Assembly (NCBI GenBank): GCA_937922805.1
Contig: CALAJV010000024.1
Location: 1,942 to 65,941, forward strand
Direction of reading: 5' to 3'
Length of the DNA: 64,000 nucleotides
Source: an uncultured Acidimicrobiales bacterium
Lineage (GTDB): Bacteria > Actinomycetota > Acidimicrobiia > Acidimicrobiales > SZUA-35
Below are positions 31,184-41,056 of the stretch, in pieces (within the stretch, counting starts at the first letter, position 1; each line of letters starts with the position of its first letter). The notes under the pieces were generated by a model. It had not been told where the DNA came from and ran no database searches. It saw only the letters and a program-made list of their open reading frames with translations. A program made the translations under genes and the position numbers.

Positions 31184-33175
31184 ATGAGTACGGTCCTAAT
31201 TTCAATCGCAGCAGCAGTGTTGATCGCCCTTGCGGTCATCTTCGCTGTCGGATTTGCGGTTACCCGACTTTATCGAAAGGTTCCACAAGGCAAGGCCTTG
31301 CTGGTTAGCACCACAAAAGCAGTTGTGGTTACCTTCACAGGTCGAGTAGTTCTGCCAATCCTCCACAAAGCCGAAATCATGGATATTTCGGTCAAAACCA
31401 TCGAGATCGATCGTCGCGGCACCGAGGGTCTGATTTGTGAAGACAACATCCGAGCCGACATCAAGGTCAACTTCTTCGTCCGGGTGAACAAAGCGGAAGA
31501 AGATGTCATCAAAGTTGCCCAAGCCATCGGGACCGAGCGGGCATCAGACCCTGTCACCCTCGAAGAGCTGTTTGCGGCCAAGTTCTCAGAAGCGCTGAAA
31601 ACTGTCGGTAAGCAAATGGAATTCGTGTCGCTCTACACAGAGCGAGCAACGTTTCGCGACCGGATCATAGAAGTTATCGGCACAGACCTCAACGGTTACG
31701 CTCTTGAAGATGTCGCCATTGACTACCTCGAACAGACGCCTCTAGACCAGCTCGACACCAACAACATTCTCGATGCTCAAGGTATTCGCAAAATTACCGA
31801 ACTCACCGCGGTGCAACACGTCGCCACTAACAATGCGTCAAACGATGAGCGCAAGCACATCACAGCCAAGAACGTTGAGACGAGAGAGGCCGTTCTCGAA
31901 CTTGAGCGTCAACAAGCCGACGCTGAGGCCCGCCAGCAACGTGAGATCGCCGCCGTCCGGGCCCGAGAAGAAGCAACCACGGCCGCAGTGGAGGCTGAAG
32001 AACGACTCAAAGCCGAAATGGCCAATATCGCAACCGCTCAGAAGCTTGGGGTTGAAGAAGAGAATCAGCAACGAGAAATCGAGACCGCATTCAAAAATCG
32101 TGAGCGCGTGATTGCCATCGAACAAGAACGAGTCGAAAAAGCTCGCGAACTCGAGTTCATGAGCCGAAAAGTTGAGACTCTCGCAGCCGAGAAATCATTG
32201 GAGCAAGAAAAGGCCGCCATTGCTGATATCCGACGGGGGCGTGTTTCGGTCGAGAGGACTGTGGCCGAGGAAGAGGAGCAAATCGCAACCTTGAGGATTG
32301 TCGAAGAGGCAAACCGTCAACGAGAAGCAATCGTCATCGCGGCCGAGGGAGACGCTCAGGGAGCGTTCGTTCGAGACATCAAAATGGCAGAAGCAGCCGA
32401 GCAGGCGGCGGAATCTCGAGCCAAAGAGAAAATAACTATGGCTAGGGCTGAGCTTGAAGCATCTGAGATGTCGACCAAAGCCGAAGTGCGATTGGCCGAT
32501 GGTGCTCAAGCAGCAGCTGCAGCCGAGGGCTTAGCTGAAGCTGAGGTGCTCGAAGCTCGAGCTGTTGCTCTAGAAAAGCAAGGAATGGCTGATGTTCGGG
32601 TCGAGCAGGCCCGAGCCGATGCAGTTCGAGAAGTAGGACAAGCAGAAGCGGAAAAGTTGCGAGAAGCCGGTCTGGCCGAAGCCCAAATTGTCGAAGCGAA
32701 ACTTCGAGGCGAAGCAGCGGGTCTTTCCGACAAAGCAGCTGCAATGCGAGAAATGGAAGGTGTTGGTCAAGAACACGAAGAGTTTGTACGTCAACTCGAA
32801 GCCGACACCAAGGTCCGAATGGCGGAAGTTGACGCCCGAGTCGGTGTAGCTACTGCCCAAGCCACCGCCATGCAAGCTGGCTTCGAGTCAGCCAACATCG
32901 AGATCGTCGGCGGGTCGGATATGTTTATCGACCGCATGGTCGACTCGATCTCTGCCGGCAAGAGGGTAGACAAGTTTATTGAGAACTCAGACGCGGTGGC
33001 CGGGATTGCGGAACCGTACCTCAACGGTGAGAAAGATCTCGTTGCCAAGCTAAGCGAAGCGATCGCTGGCCTCGGAGCCGATGGCATCCGCGACCTCTCT
33101 GTTGCGGAGCTACTACGCCAGATCAGTTCTGGTACTGAGCCCGGCGCTACGTCCGGAAATGGTCACAGCGAATAA
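31184..33175 (+). CDS. flotillin-family SPFH protein (YqiK/FloT-like)
   Basis: 663 aa with an N-terminal TM, an SPFH core (RLYRKVPQGKALLV...ICEDNIRADIKVNFFVRV...) and a long E/A/R/Q-rich coiled coil. It aligns by eye with E. coli YqiK. Confidence 0.9.
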   Translation: MSTVLISIAAAVLIALAVIFAVGFAVTRLYRKVPQGKALLVSTTKAVVVTFTGRVVLPILHKAEIMDISVKTIEIDRRGTEGLICEDNIRADIKVNFFVRVNKAEEDVIKVAQAIGTERASDPVTLEELFAAKFSEALKTVGKQMEFVSLYTERATFRDRIIEVIGTDLNGYALEDVAIDYLEQTPLDQLDTNNILDAQGIRKITELTAVQHVATNNASNDERKHITAKNVETREAVLELERQQADAEARQQREIAAVRAREEATTAAVEAEERLKAEMANIATAQKLGVEEENQQREIETAFKNRERVIAIEQERVEKARELEFMSRKVETLAAEKSLEQEKAAIADIRRGRVSVERTVAEEEEQIATLRIVEEANRQREAIVIAAEGDAQGAFVRDIKMAEAAEQAAESRAKEKITMARAELEASEMSTKAEVRLADGAQAAAAAEGLAEAEVLEARAVALEKQGMADVRVEQARADAVREVGQAEAEKLREAGLAEAQIVEAKLRGEAAGLSDKAAAMREMEGVGQEHEEFVRQLEADTKVRMAEVDARVGVATAQATAMQAGFESANIEIVGGSDMFIDRMVDSISAGKRVDKFIENSDAVAGIAEPYLNGEKDLVAKLSEAIAGLGADGIRDLSVAELLRQISSGTEPGATSGNGHSE

Positions 33176-33205
33176 TCCGCCTCCCAACGACAAGTTACGA
33201 GTCCA

Positions 33206-36200
33206 ATGACTGATAGTAAGTCAGAAGTCGAACCTCACGAGGAGCCTGGTGCGGACAACCAGGCTCCGGTCGAGGACGCCTCGCCAGAATCGCATCAAGC
33301 CATAAATCCCGACGGGCAAGCCTCTACAGAAGCTGGAGCGAGCCAAGATACTTCGGTAGCCCAGGGAACCTATCAGCTTCTCCGAGGCCGACTAGAAAAA
33401 GCGGCCCAAGAGCTAGCTGACCGATCTCTAGCCTTGAACGCGGCCAGGCTTGAAGCCTTCGGTTCGTCACAGCTTGATTTGGCCGCCACCGAACGAGTTC
33501 GAACTGAGAACAACGTTGTACCCCGCGATGTTGCGGCGGTCGATGACCAATTGATCATGGCCTACAACGCCCAAGCTGGAATCAGGAGCGAAATACGGCC
33601 CGAAGATGTCTTCAGCGTTCATCACCTTGAAGAAGTCGACGGTGAGGTGGTCATAAACCCTAATCCCGATGGCTTGGCTGGGTCCGCTCTAGACGACGAC
33701 AAGTTCCGACGAGATTTCCAAGAGCTCCACGCCTACTTCAAAAACGCTCGTGTCCAACAGGTGTATCGCTCCGGTCAAAAGTTGTTGGCTGTATTTCGAA
33801 CCGGCACCGCCAGCAACGATATTCGAGTGTTGCGATGGGAAATAAGACCGGACGGTGGGCTCCAGTATCTGGATGACAGAGGCGATCGAGATCACCGGTT
33901 TCCGCCAAGTCACGACGTTGATTGGTTGCAGTCCACTCGTGCTGATCACGTCGATGGTCGATTCATTTCGGTCCTCGACCGGGTGTTCGTCGGCCCTCTT
34001 AACGGAAAGATCGAACTTCGAATAGAAGATGGTTCGCCCGACGGAGAACTACTGCTAACCGAGCCGGTCGGCCAAAGTGATCAAGCACTTCAAGACTGCG
34101 AAGTAGCCTATGCCAAGGCCGGAGATCTGATAATCCTGCGAGTACTGCCGTACGGCGAAACAGTAACCCGCTACTACGTCGTCAATCTGTTGATGAACTC
34201 GGCGGTCCGCATTGATTCGCTCGGTGCCGCGTTTAGGCAACTTCCAGAAGGACATGGTCTGATCTTTCCCGATGGGATGTATCTCCGAACTGGAGAGGTC
34301 CGGACTTTCGATCTTGACCCATCAGGCATGGAACTGTTGGAAGTAGAACACTCGCCCAACGGTGAAGACGTTCTCTACGTGTTTCATCAGGTTGAGGACG
34401 GTCGGTCGATTCTGCTGCCGTACAACGTTGTCCGGCAAGAAATAACTAACCCAATATGGTGTCACGGCCACTGCACCTTCGCTGATGGTGGAATGGTCGT
34501 GTTCCGTGAGGAGCCAGAACCAACCAGGGTCCACCCTATTCAGCTCTGGATAACCCCGTTCTGTAGCGACGAGTGGTACGCCGATCAACCTCGTCAGCAA
34601 ACCCCGCTAGATCGAATAGGCAATCCGGCGTTAGTGACCGGCATCGCCGACGCTCTAGCACTCACTCGAGCCGTATCCGATGTCGAACCGTCGGCTGCCA
34701 TGTACGGAGACCTGTTAGGTTCGGCGGGACGAACCCTTGACACTCATCACTGGCTGAGCTCGCAAGATGTTGGAGATCTAGCGTCGAAAATCAATGAAAT
34801 TCGACTCGTCGCTGAGCAGGTGATCGATGAATTCGAACGGGTGCAAAGTGTTCGCAAAGCGTCGGCCGAAGCGCTAGCGGAAGCGGAAGTGTCGCTCGAT
34901 GAAATCTTCGAACAGCGGAAAATTGCGCCACCTCAACGTACCGAAGATTACATTGGTCAGCTCAGCGAGTTTCGGCGATCTATCGGCCATCTGCATACCC
35001 TTCGAGAGCGCCGAGAAATTGACGTCGCTCGAATCGATGAACTGACCGCGACCGCTCAACAAGGCCACGATAGTTTGGCTCAAGCCGCGGCTCGTCACCT
35101 TTCTACTGATGGTGCCTTTACCCGTTACCACGATGGTTTGGTCGAGCTGGCCGATTTATCGGCTGATCTGAACTCGTCAGTAGCGGCAACTGCGTTAATG
35201 GCCAAGGTCGACACCATCGGCGACTCCATGGACATGGTGGCTGGCACGGTTAGTGATCTCGTGGTTGAAGATCCACGAGTCCGGACGTCGGTGTTAGAAC
35301 AGGTCTCGAACGTTTTGGCTGAGCTCAACCGGGTCCGGGCCGGAGTTGAGATCAAACTAGAGACTCTGATCGAATCAGAAACTGGTGCTGCCTTTGCTAC
35401 CGAGCTCGGTTTGTTCGGGCAAAGTATCGCCACGTCGTTAGCTCGTGCCGATACCCCTGAAGCTTGCGACGATGCGCTAGCTCGACTTTTGCTGCAACTC
35501 GAACAACTGGAAACTTCTGCCCCTCGAACCGATAGCCAGCTCGTAGAGCTAGAGCAACGTAGAGATCAGGTAACGGAAGCACTCACGGCTCGACGGCAGA
35601 AACTTGTCGATGATCGTCAACAACGAGCCGATCGACTGGTTTCAACTGGCACCAGAACCTTGGAACGAGTGGGTGAGCGATCGAGCTCGCTCGATTCAGC
35701 CGACGACATAAACGGGTTTTTCGCCGCCGACCCCATGGTGGTTCGGGTTCGTAGCTTAGTTGAACAGCTTCGAGAAATGGGTGAACCAGTTCGGGCTGAC
35801 GAGCTAGCAGCCCGATTAGGGAGCGCTCAAGACGGTGCCATGAGAGCGCTTCGAGATCGACAAGATTTGTTCGACGGCGACGCGGTCAAGCTTGGACTTC
35901 ATCGATTTAGCGTCGATGATAGAAAGCGAGAACTGACACTAGTTCCGGTCGACGGCGCCCTCAACGCCGTGCTGACGGGTACCGATCTGCGATTTTCGTT
36001 AGACCAATCGGAACTCAACAAGTACGAGGGGCTTTGGGATACGCCGCTTCCATCCGAGAGTCCTGCTGTTTACCGGTCAACCTTCTTGGCTGGCGATATT
36101 CTCGCCACGCTGGCCGCGGCCGAAATCGAGGATCTTCTGTCCACCAAGGTAACCGACGACCATGACCCTGTCTTAGAACTCATTCGTTCCGAGGTCGACG

Positions 36201-38134
36201 GTCGACTTGACGAAGGTTATGACCGTGGTGTCCACGATTTTGATGCTGCTGCAATCTTGCGGGCAATTGGGGGAAAGGCTTTGGAGGCTGGACCGTTACT
36301 TACCAGCGGTGAAGATAGAGCCAAGGCCCAGCTGGCCTGGGCCCATCAATTCGGTGAGTCTGATCGGGACCTGTGGACCAATAGGGGATCGGCGGCTGCC
36401 GACCTAGACCCTGATCCCGAAGCGATGGCGATGTTGGTTTCGGAATTGGCAGAGGCGCTCGACATCTCGACAGTTCAGGCCAATTACCTTCTCGTCGAGC
36501 TTTCGACTGCTGGCCCGCTGTCCTTCGCCCAGACAACTCAAGCTGAGGTTCTGACTGCGGACGTTGCCCGACAAGACGAGGTCAAAGCAGCGCTAAAGGC
36601 ACTGCAATCAGATCCGAACGGAGCAAGCGCGGTACTAACCGGATTCGTCCATCGAGAGGCTGAACGGGCAGATCTGTTGCACCTGGTTCCTGAAGTCACC
36701 GTCAGTCTGCTCACTCCCGATCTAGACCGACATGCAATCGAGATTGATCTCTCATTCGAAGTCACGGGTATCAACGGCCGCCACGAAACTATCGATTCAG
36801 GAACGCTCGCTGGTCGTGTTGATGAAGTGATGACGACAGTCATGGTCCACCGTTCACAAGTCTTGCCCGAACACAAAAAATTCACGGCCACCCGTCGCCA
36901 AGTAGTAACCGAACTTCGCCAAACGCTTCGAGTCGACGATTTAGAACCGAAAGTGCCGGAAGGATTCGTTCGCAACCAGCTAATCGACAAGGTGTATTTA
37001 CCTCTGATCGGCGACAACTTGGCTCGACAGATCGGAACGGTTGATGACTCAGCGGGGGCCCGGAGCGGACTGCTGATGTTGCTATCGCCTCCCGGTTACG
37101 GCAAGACGACCTTGGTTGAGTATGTGGCCGACCGGCTGGGTATGGCCTTGGTAAAGATCTCTGGTCCCGGTCTCGGTCACGAAGTAACTTCGCTCGACCC
37201 CGAACAAGCTCCAAGTGCAACATCGGCCCGCGAAATCGAACGGATCAACCTATCCTTCTCGCTAGGTAGCAACGTGTTGCTCTACCTCGACGACATTCAG
37301 CACACAAACCCAGAGTTCTTGCAACGATTCATTTCGCTGTGCGATGGCCAACGCCGGATCGAAGGCGTTTGGGACGGAGCAGCACGAACGTTTGATCTTC
37401 GAGGCAAACGGTTTGCGGTAGTCATGGCCGGTAATCCGTACACCGAATCGGGGCAGAGGTTCCGAGTGCCCGACATGCTCGCTAACCGGGCCGACACTTA
37501 CAACCTTGGTGACGTTCTAAGTGGCAACGACGAGTTGTTCGCTAGGAGCTACCTTGAGAATGCGTTGACGGCCAACAAAGTCACAGCGCCGCTCTCCGGT
37601 CGAGATCCGGGCGACTTCGAACGCTTGGTCAGAGCGGCAGAAGGCCACCCTCTTGGAGAATCTGAACTTAGTCACTCGTACTCGCCAACGGAGATGACCG
37701 AGATAATAACCGTGTTGCGACATCTGAAGCAGGTGCAATCCGTGGTGCTGGCCGTCAACCGCCAATATATCTCGTCGGCTGCGTCTGATGATACGTATCG
37801 AACCGAACCGTCGTTCTTGCTTCAGGGCTCGTATCGAAACATGGTTCGAATGGCGTCGCGGATCTTGCCGGCAATGACTCCCGACGAAGTGGAGACAATA
37901 ATCGATGAACACTACGTTGCTGAGTCGCAGGCTTTGACTGGAGCGGCTGAGGCCAATTTGTTGAAGTTGGCAGAGCTCAGAGACAAACTAACCGAACAAG
38001 AACAAACTCGGTGGCTAGAAATTCTAGCTACGTTCCGACGACAGAAACGCCTTGGCGGAGACGAGCGGGATCCGGCTACCCGAGTGGTCGCTGCTATCGA
38101 GGGCATCGGCGAAGCACTGCGGCAACAATCCTAG
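33206..38134 (+). CDS. giant (1,642 aa) soluble protein with a single C-terminal MoxR/midasin-like AAA+ ATPase module; function unknown
   Basis: Uninterrupted 4.9-kb ORF starting 30 nt after the flotillin stop. Walker A is SPPGYGKT (nt 37085-37108) and Walker B is VLLYLDD (37274-37294). The sensor-1 region is AGNPY (37427-37441), followed by VPDMLANRAD (to ~37495). Confidence 0.85.
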   Translation: MTDSKSEVEPHEEPGADNQAPVEDASPESHQAINPDGQASTEAGASQDTSVAQGTYQLLRGRLEKAAQELADRSLALNAARLEAFGSSQLDLAATERVRTENNVVPRDVAAVDDQLIMAYNAQAGIRSEIRPEDVFSVHHLEEVDGEVVINPNPDGLAGSALDDDKFRRDFQELHAYFKNARVQQVYRSGQKLLAVFRTGTASNDIRVLRWEIRPDGGLQYLDDRGDRDHRFPPSHDVDWLQSTRADHVDGRFISVLDRVFVGPLNGKIELRIEDGSPDGELLLTEPVGQSDQALQDCEVAYAKAGDLIILRVLPYGETVTRYYVVNLLMNSAVRIDSLGAAFRQLPEGHGLIFPDGMYLRTGEVRTFDLDPSGMELLEVEHSPNGEDVLYVFHQVEDGRSILLPYNVVRQEITNPIWCHGHCTFADGGMVVFREEPEPTRVHPIQLWITPFCSDEWYADQPRQQTPLDRIGNPALVTGIADALALTRAVSDVEPSAAMYGDLLGSAGRTLDTHHWLSSQDVGDLASKINEIRLVAEQVIDEFERVQSVRKASAEALAEAEVSLDEIFEQRKIAPPQRTEDYIGQLSEFRRSIGHLHTLRERREIDVARIDELTATAQQGHDSLAQAAARHLSTDGAFTRYHDGLVELADLSADLNSSVAATALMAKVDTIGDSMDMVAGTVSDLVVEDPRVRTSVLEQVSNVLAELNRVRAGVEIKLETLIESETGAAFATELGLFGQSIATSLARADTPEACDDALARLLLQLEQLETSAPRTDSQLVELEQRRDQVTEALTARRQKLVDDRQQRADRLVSTGTRTLERVGERSSSLDSADDINGFFAADPMVVRVRSLVEQLREMGEPVRADELAARLGSAQDGAMRALRDRQDLFDGDAVKLGLHRFSVDDRKRELTLVPVDGALNAVLTGTDLRFSLDQSELNKYEGLWDTPLPSESPAVYRSTFLAGDILATLAAAEIEDLLSTKVTDDHDPVLELIRSEVDGRLDEGYDRGVHDFDAAAILRAIGGKALEAGPLLTSGEDRAKAQLAWAHQFGESDRDLWTNRGSAAADLDPDPEAMAMLVSELAEALDISTVQANYLLVELSTAGPLSFAQTTQAEVLTADVARQDEVKAALKALQSDPNGASAVLTGFVHREAERADLLHLVPEVTVSLLTPDLDRHAIEIDLSFEVTGINGRHETIDSGTLAGRVDEVMTTVMVHRSQVLPEHKKFTATRRQVVTELRQTLRVDDLEPKVPEGFVRNQLIDKVYLPLIGDNLARQIGTVDDSAGARSGLLMLLSPPGYGKTTLVEYVADRLGMALVKISGPGLGHEVTSLDPEQAPSATSAREIERINLSFSLGSNVLLYLDDIQHTNPEFLQRFISLCDGQRRIEGVWDGAARTFDLRGKRFAVVMAGNPYTESGQRFRVPDMLANRADTYNLGDVLSGNDELFARSYLENALTANKVTAPLSGRDPGDFERLVRAAEGHPLGESELSHSYSPTEMTEIITVLRHLKQVQSVVLAVNRQYISSAASDDTYRTEPSFLLQGSYRNMVRMASRILPAMTPDEVETIIDEHYVAESQALTGAAEANLLKLAELRDKLTEQEQTRWLEILATFRRQKRLGGDERDPATRVVAAIEGIGEALRQQS

Positions 38135-38467
38135 CAATCAACGCTTGTAGTTGGTTCGTGTAGCTAGGTTTTGCAGCTGACTCCCTGTTACCTCGTCGCT
38201 GGTGCAACGCCAGTCGAAACGTAGTCCCATCAGGTAGCGACTAGACTCAATAGGGGCAAATGCAAAGAGAGCTTTTCCTCTTTGTCGAACCGAACGGTTT
38301 GCCTCTCCGTCCGCTCAATTGAACACCTATGCCAAGTATTTCTGCCTCCCTCAACGTCAGTTGCCGATGCTCTATAACCTGGTCAATCACTGCTCCCGGA
38401 GCAGGCGAATGAAGGTATATAGGCCCGATAGTCGTGTACGGGGCCGTAGCTGCGTACCCTGGATGTT

Positions 38468-39709
38468 GTGAATAAAGGTCCGATCGGCTGGGCGATCTCG
38501 ATCTGGCGTTTTGTGCGTGATGTTGCGCTGCGCTGGTACAACGAGCGTATTGGCGACCTCGCAGCCAGCGTTACCTTCTGGATTGTCGTCTCGTTGCCGG
38601 CGTCGATCTTGGCGTTGTTGGCCGCTCTGGGTCCTATCGATAATCTGCTTGGCGATGGCATCGACCTGAAGGGAGCCATCATTGAGCGGGTTGATGCGTT
38701 CATTTCTCGAGTGTTCACCGACGAGAGCAGCGCGGTAGCCGAAGCTGTAAGTGGACTATTCGACCGTAGTAACTCTGGCCTTCTGACGGTCTCGCTAGCC
38801 ATTGCTATTTGGTCATTGAGTCGTGGCTTCTCTGGTCTGATCCGAGCGCTCGAAGATATCTACGACATCGAGGATCGTCGACCCTGGTATCACACGCGGT
38901 TCGTGGCCGTAGTTTTGGGCTTCGGTAGCATGTTCATCTCGGTGCCTTTGGTACTGGCCGAGCAATTCATTTGGAACAAGATTCCTGACGGACTGCTAGA
39001 ACGAGGTCTGCGAACCATCGTCGCTGTTGTGATTTTGGTCCTGTGGGCTTCGGTCGTATTGCATTACGGTCCGGCGAAACGGCACCGTTGGAGTTTCGAC
39101 ATTCCCGGTGCGATTGTGGTTGCGGTCTTGTGGTGGTTATTAACAATTGGATTTGGCTATTACATCAGCTTGGATTTCGCCAACGAGATTCAGTCGGCGG
39201 TAGGAACCTTCCTGTTGGCACTTACCTGGGTTTGGATGGCGGCTCAGATGCTCCTCATCGGTGGTGCCGTCAACTATCTATTCGGGGAACGCCTCGGTGT
39301 TAGCCGGAATCGCCGACCATGGAAAATAAACGATGTCGTCACCAAAAGCACCGGAGAGATCAAGAAGATCGTTGTGCCCAACGGCCGCGATGACAGTAAA
39401 GGTGACGAGGGTTCGAATGAAGGCGATCGGTCTAGCGCTGGCTCTACTCAACTGAGCTTGGACGTCGACCCAGATCTGGCTCGCTCCGGACAGCCGGACA
39501 ACGGAACCTTGAACGGGCGGCAGGTAGGTCGAGAAGTAAGTCCACCGACACTACCGCAACCTGGCTCTGGTACCACCCCGTCTATGACGAGAGGTGATCA
39601 AACAAAAGTAATGCGGACCCAGGACGGTTCTTCGCCCAAAGTGATGCCTGGAACCGAGGCGGGAGATCCAACTAGCATTCTTCCACGCTCGCCCCTTGAT
39701 CGAAAGTAA
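38468..39709 (+). CDS. YihY/BrkB-family membrane protein with ~120-aa low-complexity C-terminal tail
   Basis: GTG start. N-terminal ...RWYNERIGDLAASVTFWIVVSLPASILALL, six hydrophobic spans, and a G/S/P/D-rich tail. Confidence 0.8.
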   Translation: MNKGPIGWAISIWRFVRDVALRWYNERIGDLAASVTFWIVVSLPASILALLAALGPIDNLLGDGIDLKGAIIERVDAFISRVFTDESSAVAEAVSGLFDRSNSGLLTVSLAIAIWSLSRGFSGLIRALEDIYDIEDRRPWYHTRFVAVVLGFGSMFISVPLVLAEQFIWNKIPDGLLERGLRTIVAVVILVLWASVVLHYGPAKRHRWSFDIPGAIVVAVLWWLLTIGFGYYISLDFANEIQSAVGTFLLALTWVWMAAQMLLIGGAVNYLFGERLGVSRNRRPWKINDVVTKSTGEIKKIVVPNGRDDSKGDEGSNEGDRSSAGSTQLSLDVDPDLARSGQPDNGTLNGRQVGREVSPPTLPQPGSGTTPSMTRGDQTKVMRTQDGSSPKVMPGTEAGDPTSILPRSPLDRK

Positions 39710-39790
39710 CGCTCCTTCCAGCTCGTCTGCTGGGTGGTGTCTGGCCAAAGACCGCTGGCTGAATTCTGACTGGTCTTCTACAGTTGCTAT

Positions 39791-41032
39791 ATGGGGACGT
39801 TGCAAACCTTTCGGTCGGTAGTACGGTTTCGGCCGATCGAGCTCGATCGGACTACACGAAAGCTCAGCAGAGCAGCTGACGTTTCCGATTTGCGTCGACT
39901 AGCGAAGCGGCGGCTCCCAGGCGGAGTCTTTGATTACATCGACGGCGGAGCAGAAGATGAACGGGCGTTAGCGGGCAACGTTGGTGGATATCGCAAGTTG
40001 CAGTTGAAGCCCCGAGTGCTGAAAGACGTTTCTAAGATCGATATCGGTACCACGCTGCTAGGCCGGCCAATTCCGGCTCCGCTGGTTTTGGCTCCAACTG
40101 GGTTCACCCGAATAGCTGACCCTCAAGGTGAGCTTGCTGTGGCCCGGGCCGCGGCAAGAGTTGGACTTCCTTATAGCTTGTCAACGTTGTCGACCCGGTC
40201 GATTGAAGAAGTGGCAGAAGTGAGCGGTGGTCCAAAGTGGTTCCAGGTGTATACCTGGAAGGATCGAGCACTAGTGCGAGACATGGTAGAACGAGCTTCG
40301 GCGGCGGGCTATCAAGCGTTGTTGCTAACCGTTGATACAGCTGTGCTCGGTCGCCGGGAGCGGGATGTCCGAAAGGGCTACACGCTTCCTCCGAAGATTG
40401 GGCTAGACACTATTGTTGACGGCATTCGGCATCCACAGTGGACGTTCGATTTTCTCCGAAACGACCCCATCACGTTTTCTAACGTGGTTGGAAGAAGTAC
40501 CGACGACGGGACAACTGCAGTCTCACTTAGCGATTACATCAACACTCAGTTCGATCAGGCACTGTCGTGGTCCGACATCGAATGGCTGCGAACTATCTGG
40601 GATGGTCCCATTATTCTAAAGGGAATCCAAACAGTTGCAGACGCCAAACTGGCGGTAGAAGCCGGATGTGAGGCCATTGCTTTGTCGAATCACGGAGGCA
40701 GGCAACTCGACGATGCGCCATCAATAATTGAGTTGGTTGAACCAGTAGCGAACGAGGTCGGCGGGAAGATCGACATCATCGCCGACGGTGGAGTCCGCAG
40801 AGGTAGCGACATTGTCAAAGCAGTAGCACTTGGAGCTAACGCCGTGATGGTGGGACGGGCCTATCTCTATGGGTTGGGTGCGGCCGGAGAGCCGGGCGTT
40901 GATCACGTCCTCCAGTTTCTGTTGCAAGGACTAGAGAGAACAATGGCCCTTAGCGGTTGCCAGCAGATTTCTGATATCGACCGTGAACTTGTGGCCTGGA
41001 AGTCGGAACTGCCTGGTGCTGGCCTAGTCTGA
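39791..41032 (+). CDS. FMN-dependent alpha-hydroxy acid dehydrogenase/oxidase (LldD-like)
   Basis: VFDYIDGGAEDE, APTGF, WFQVY, TVDT...GRRERD, and the catalytic SNHGGRQLD. Confidence 0.9.
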   Translation: MGTLQTFRSVVRFRPIELDRTTRKLSRAADVSDLRRLAKRRLPGGVFDYIDGGAEDERALAGNVGGYRKLQLKPRVLKDVSKIDIGTTLLGRPIPAPLVLAPTGFTRIADPQGELAVARAAARVGLPYSLSTLSTRSIEEVAEVSGGPKWFQVYTWKDRALVRDMVERASAAGYQALLLTVDTAVLGRRERDVRKGYTLPPKIGLDTIVDGIRHPQWTFDFLRNDPITFSNVVGRSTDDGTTAVSLSDYINTQFDQALSWSDIEWLRTIWDGPIILKGIQTVADAKLAVEAGCEAIALSNHGGRQLDDAPSIIELVEPVANEVGGKIDIIADGGVRRGSDIVKAVALGANAVMVGRAYLYGLGAAGEPGVDHVLQFLLQGLERTMALSGCQQISDIDRELVAWKSELPGAGLV

Positions 41033-41056
41033 TCTCTCCATGGGAATTTCCAAATT

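Noticed and set aside
33373-38106. Many 60-160-aa ORFs on the minus strand and in other frames inside the 4.9-kb giant gene (e.g. 36538-37017, 37517-37912)
   Set aside because: All are nested in one uninterrupted 1,642-codon frame that carries ordered AAA+ motifs. None has a recognisable motif of its own.
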